Shown: one piece after another, positions 24,632 to 28,283 of the stretch
Layout: the number at the start of each line of letters is the position of its first letter
How positions within the stretch are numbered: the stretch's first letter is position 1
Source: a virus
Taxonomy: Duplodnaviria; Caudoviricetes
DNA length: 28,283 nt
Reading direction: 5' to 3' (one strand)
Virus record (IMG/VR): IMGVR_UViG_3300037313_000612
Location: 1 to 28,283 of that record
Position numbers and translations under genes: made by a program
Notes under the pieces: generated by a model
Database searches by the model: none
The model's input: only the letters and a program-made list of their open reading frames with translations
What the model was told of the DNA's origin: nothing

Positions 24632-25027
24632 CTACTTCGCGTCGGTGTTGCTGTCGCCCGACTCGGTCGCCTGCTCGCCCTCGGCGGGGGTGGGGCGGCC
24701 CAGCAGCCGAGCCCGGTCGGCCGCGACCCGAAGCGCCTCCTCGGGGGTGTAGCGCTCCTCGCTGGTCTCGGTCGTGACGTCGCTGGCTTCGGCTGCCTCG
24801 AGGGTCGCCGCGGTCGCGTCGTGCGCTGCCTGCTCGGCGGCCGACTGCGGCTGTTCCGGGCCCAGCGATGCCGGCGCGTCCTCGCCGTACTCCGCCGCGG
24901 TCGTTGCCGCGTCACCCGACGCCTGCGGGTCGTTGACCGTCTTCGCCTGGTCGGCCGGCGACTCCTGCCCGGTCGCGGCTTCGTTCGGGCCGGCTGCCGC
25001 GTCGTCGGCGTTCTTCCGTGCTGCCAT
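24632..25027 (-). CDS. Acidic low-complexity hypothetical protein
   Basis: 131 aa, Ala/Glu/Asp/Thr-rich. Fills the TerL-portal gap with an SD-like sequence upstream. Confidence 0.7.
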   Translation of the reverse strand: MAARKNADDAAAGPNEAATGQESPADQAKTVNDPQASGDAATTAAEYGEDAPASLGPEQPQSAAEQAAHDATAATLEAAEASDVTTETSEERYTPEEALRVAADRARLLGRPTPAEGEQATESGDSNTDAK

Positions 25028-25050
25028 TCCTGCTCACTCCTCTTGGTCGG

Positions 25051-26634
25051 TCAGTACATCTTGAACGGGCCGTAATCCTCCTCGACCTCGCGAGGATGGT
25101 CGGCGGCCCACATCGCCGCGGTCATCGCCACCAGCGACGTGATTGAAACCGCTGGGTCAATCTTCCACGCCCACGCCCCCGATGGGCCTGTTCGCCGCTT
25201 CGTAGCGTGTTCGACGGCGCTGTTCAGGACGGCCTGCCCGATGTGCTGGGCCTTCGCCCGGGGGGTCGCCGTCACCTCACCGTGGAACTGTGCGCACGCC
25301 GCAGAGAAATCGATCTGCGACAGCCGCAGCAGCCAATCCATGCCCCCGGCAATGAGCGCGTCGGCGACGTGCCGCGCCGGCCCGCTGTTCTGGACCGCGA
25401 CCTGGGCCACGTCCCACCGCGTACACAGCGCCACAACATCCGCAGCCAGCCACCCCACGCCCTCCGCGACCTTCACGACCTCTCCGACCCCCGAACCGTC
25501 CGGGCGACGCCAAAACACGGCGACCGCCGCGTCCCGGCCGTCCGGGTCGACCTCGAACCCCAACCCCACGGGTACGCCGTGCGGGATCGCCTTGTCGGTC
25601 ATCGCAGCGACCCACTGCGGCTGGGAGATCACATTCCAGCCACCGACCGTCGATTGCAGCCGGTTGCCGTAGGCACGGATGTACTCCGACCGCGTCAAGC
25701 CCTTGTCCTGGTCGCCGCCAGGTCGCCGAAGCTGGGTAGCGATGTGGTGCCGCATCTTCTCGGCCGGCGCGACCGGATGGAACCCGATCGCCGGGTGGAC
25801 CGCGAGACACGCCTCAACGAGCTGGTCATCCGACAACTCAGGAATCGGGACCCCGAACGGCTCGTCAGGAATCGACCACTCGAAATAGGCCATGCCCGAC
25901 CGGCGATCCATCTCGACCCCGGCGCGGCCCGTCTTCACGTCCCGGTTCAGGCCGGCCGACGCCTCCGTGCCCATCGTTGACGTCTTGATCGCCTGCCCGT
26001 TCTTCGTCAGGAACCCGGGCTGATAGGACGCCTCGAGCCCGTCCGCAGCGAGCACGTCGAACGCCCACCATTCGTCGACGTCGACGAGCTCGGGTGACTC
26101 GCCGTGCATGTTCTCGTCGTCCGGGGCGAACGGAATCAGGATTGACCCGGTGTCCTTCCACAGCAGTTTCTCGTGGGCGATCGAGACCCAGCGCTTCAGG
26201 TGCGGGTTGAGCTCTGGGATATCGAGCATGGTCTGAGACGCGACTTCCCACCGCTTGACGGCCTTCTTCCCGTTCTGCGCGGTCATCCAGAACTCGCCGC
26301 GGGTCGTCGACCGCATCCTGTGCGCGTAGAGCGGGATCTTGAGGGTGGTTTTCCCGGCCTGCCGCGGGACCGTGATCACGACCTCGTCGTACGCCCACCA
26401 GCCCGTATCGGGGTCCACCTCGTTGATCACGTCGTGGATGTAGGCCTGCCATGGCATCAGCGGCAGCCGGAGATCCTGGGCGACCCGGGCGACCTGCCCG
26501 CCGTAGGTGGGTCTATGCGGGGAGCGCGGTGTCGCCCACCGTGGGGCGGGTCCCCATTCCGGTCGCCAGTCCAATGGGGTGTGGACGTCCCTCGCCGGCG
26601 CGATCGGAGGCAGCAACAGGTCTGTCATCGTCAC
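25051..26634 (-). CDS. terL: Terminase large subunit
   Basis: LMPWQ adenine-binding motif, Walker A VPRQAGKTT, Walker B LVDVDEWW, TSTMG coupling motif, AYFEWS, C-terminal RNase H-like domain. Confidence 0.95.
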   Translation of the reverse strand: MTMTDLLLPPIAPARDVHTPLDWRPEWGPAPRWATPRSPHRPTYGGQVARVAQDLRLPLMPWQAYIHDVINEVDPDTGWWAYDEVVITVPRQAGKTTLKIPLYAHRMRSTTRGEFWMTAQNGKKAVKRWEVASQTMLDIPELNPHLKRWVSIAHEKLLWKDTGSILIPFAPDDENMHGESPELVDVDEWWAFDVLAADGLEASYQPGFLTKNGQAIKTSTMGTEASAGLNRDVKTGRAGVEMDRRSGMAYFEWSIPDEPFGVPIPELSDDQLVEACLAVHPAIGFHPVAPAEKMRHHIATQLRRPGGDQDKGLTRSEYIRAYGNRLQSTVGGWNVISQPQWVAAMTDKAIPHGVPVGLGFEVDPDGRDAAVAVFWRRPDGSGVGEVVKVAEGVGWLAADVVALCTRWDVAQVAVQNSGPARHVADALIAGGMDWLLRLSQIDFSAACAQFHGEVTATPRAKAQHIGQAVLNSAVEHATKRRTGPSGAWAWKIDPAVSITSLVAMTAAMWAADHPREVEEDYGPFKMY

Positions 26635-26878
26635 CAGCCTTCGGAGCGGGGTCGGGGGCCAGCGGGAGATCCTCGAGCAGCTTCCGCAGCTCGGTCGACA
26701 ACCGGGTCAGGTCGGTCGTTGAGACGTCTTTCCGGGTTAGCGCGGCGGCCACCTTCAACGCGACCGCCGCACCCGGCTCGTGCCATGGCTGCAACCGGCC
26801 AGCCTCGCGAGCTTCTGAGATCGCGGCGGCGACGGCAGAACGAACCGACCGCCCCCGGATCGCCCCAGCCGTCGCCAT
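26513..26878 (-). CDS. Putative terminase small subunit
   Basis: Directly upstream of TerL. AL..A..L......L.RLS.ELRKLLEDL helical motif. Start 26878 or 26884. Confidence 0.65.
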   Translation of the reverse strand: MATAGAIRGRSVRSAVAAAISEAREAGRLQPWHEPGAAVALKVAAALTRKDVSTTDLTRLSTELRKLLEDLPLAPDPAPKAGDDDRPVAASDRAGEGRPHPIGLATGMGTRPTVGDTALPA

Positions 26879-26902
26879 GCACACAGGGTAAGCGACCAGC
26901 GG

Positions 26903-28111
26903 TCAGCCGGCCTCCTCGCCGAGCAGGTCAAGCATCGAGATCTGGCCCTCGACCTGCTTGGCCGGCTTCGCGACCCGCATCGCCTTAGCGATCTGGTCCG
27001 GGTCATTGGTGCGCCACTCAGCTAGCCGGCAGTAATCCGCGGACATGTCGACGCTGATGCCGTGTCGACCGAGCGCCTTCGCGACGAGCGCGGTCGTACC
27101 TGTCCCGCCGAACGGGTCGAGCACGACAGCGGGCCGGGTGGGTGCGGTCGGTTCGGGGCACGCGCAGGCGTAACCGGTGATGGTGGTCAGCACGTTGCGT
27201 TGAAACATCCCGGCCAGGTGTTCACTGCGGTCGGGTCCGTTGACCTCGGCCCATGTCGAGTTGTCTTCGGTTTTGCCCGTTGCGGATCTCACACTGAGGG
27301 GCCGGCGTCCTTCGCCGCACGCCGTACACACACCGGACGGTGACCAGCCTTGGATGATGCGCCGCGGCCACTCAGTCGGGAACGCGGCGAAGTGGTCGAC
27401 GCCCAGCGACTCGGGCACCTTGAGAGGTTCGGTCGGGATCTCCCACACCGACCCCGGCAGCTTCCCTAGCGGGTTGCCAGCACCGTTCATCGATCCCGAC
27501 ATTGGGCGGGCGTAGTCGCTCGTACGGATGCGAGTGACGGCATCGGCCGTAACGTGCGCCTCACGGATCTCGTCGACGGCGCTGAAGTACCGCGGGTTCA
27601 GCGTGAAGTGGAACCACTGTTCATGGCTGCGGCGGACCCGGTCGGTGACGGACTCGGGTAGCCCGTTCGGCTTCGACCAGATGATCTCGGCGCGCAGGAT
27701 CAGGCCGAGCTCGTCGATGCAGCGGATCGCGTACCGCCACGGAATACCCAGCAACGTCTTCGGCCGGAACCCGACCACTGTCGGCCGCTGCTCGTACGTT
27801 GCAACCTGTGCGCGGTCCACGCGGCCGCCAGTCGCGCCCTGCACACCCTGGTTCGCGGCGTACTTGTCGCCGAGGTTGACCCACAGCGACCCGGATGGTT
27901 TCAGCGCCCGCACACACTCGCGGGTGACCTCGAGCAGCGAATCCACGAACGCGGCCGGGGTAGGTTCGTCGCCGATCTGGCCCGCGTAGTGCTCACCCCC
28001 GTCCTGGTACGACCGCAGCGCGAAATACGGTGGGCTGGTCACCACCAGATCCACGCTGTCATCCGCCAGAGGCAGCGCCCGAGCATTCGCCCGGACCACA
28101 TCAGCCCTCAT
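26903..28111 (-). CDS. Site-specific DNA amino-methyltransferase, beta class (N4-cytosine likely; N6-adenine not excluded)
   Basis: Motif IV VTSPPY near the N-terminus, LKP.GS.W.NLGD, IIW.KPN, HFAAFP, motif I VLDPFGGTGTT near the C-terminus. GAGGAGG SD. Confidence 0.92.
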   Translation of the reverse strand: MRADVVRANARALPLADDSVDLVVTSPPYFALRSYQDGGEHYAGQIGDEPTPAAFVDSLLEVTRECVRALKPSGSLWVNLGDKYAANQGVQGATGGRVDRAQVATYEQRPTVVGFRPKTLLGIPWRYAIRCIDELGLILRAEIIWSKPNGLPESVTDRVRRSHEQWFHFTLNPRYFSAVDEIREAHVTADAVTRIRTSDYARPMSGSMNGAGNPLGKLPGSVWEIPTEPLKVPESLGVDHFAAFPTEWPRRIIQGWSPSGVCTACGEGRRPLSVRSATGKTEDNSTWAEVNGPDRSEHLAGMFQRNVLTTITGYACACPEPTAPTRPAVVLDPFGGTGTTALVAKALGRHGISVDMSADYCRLAEWRTNDPDQIAKAMRVAKPAKQVEGQISMLDLLGEEAG

Positions 28112-28283
28112 CTAATTCGATCCTCCTCGAAATTCGCTGTGCGCCGATCTGACGGCCTAACTCGACCCCGGGCCTACCCGACCCCCACGGAACCCCCTGT
28201 TCGTCGATCTGGGCTAAACGTCGTACGCGCCAGCACAGGTCCCGTCTCGGCCTTCCCCAGCCGAGAGAGAGATTTTTGGAAGG

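Larger units (their letters stand above)
1..28283. mobile_element. Near-complete or complete genome of a high-GC tailed phage (siphovirus, HK97-type head, probably infecting an actinobacterium)
   Basis: Continuous packaging, head, tail, lysis and early modules with no recognisable host genes. HNH at one end and terminase near the other, as in cos phages. Confidence 0.9.

Noticed and set aside
10620-26988. Many long antisense or alternate-frame ORFs over the structural genes
   Set aside because: Expected in high-GC DNA with few stop codons. They are Arg/Gly/Pro-rich and lack motifs, unlike the nested ORF at 8837.
1-28283. High frequency of GTCGAC, CTCGAG and TCGA as methylation targets
   Set aside because: Readily produced by GTC-GAC and CTC-GAG codon pairs in GC-rich genes. 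Enrichment cannot be claimed without a codon-aware count.

Overview
This window looks like an essentially complete ~28.3 kb high-GC siphovirus genome with an actinobacteriophage-like gene content and HK97-type head module, presented in reverse orientation. Read on the minus strand from the right end, the order is: beta-class amino-methyltransferase, terminase small and large subunits, acidic protein, portal, prohead protease, major capsid, head-tail genes, major tail, tail assembly chaperone with a GGGAAAA -1 frameshift, tape measure, minor tail genes, lysis cassette (membrane protein, collagen-like membrane protein, 50-aa acidic ORF, amidase endolysin, holin) and three further virion/fibre genes. 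A convergent terminator follows. A short plus-strand operon carries a C5 cytosine methyltransferase and is transcribed from one of two back-to-back sigma-A-type promoters. A minus-strand early region encodes an XRE HTH protein, PD-(D/E)XK nuclease, RecT-like protein, secreted SGNH hydrolase, RusA, a small wHTH initiator followed by four 23-bp-period iterons and a perfect DnaA box, a Cys/His-rich protein and a terminal HNH endonuclease. I recognised no integrase, parAB, tRNA or CRISPR. The most striking signal is a second gene nested in the +1 frame inside the C5 methyltransferase. It has its own SD-like sequence and four tandem LLPTP-delimited modules resembling swappable target-recognition cassettes. 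Product calls come from motifs and synteny read by eye, and no database searches were run.
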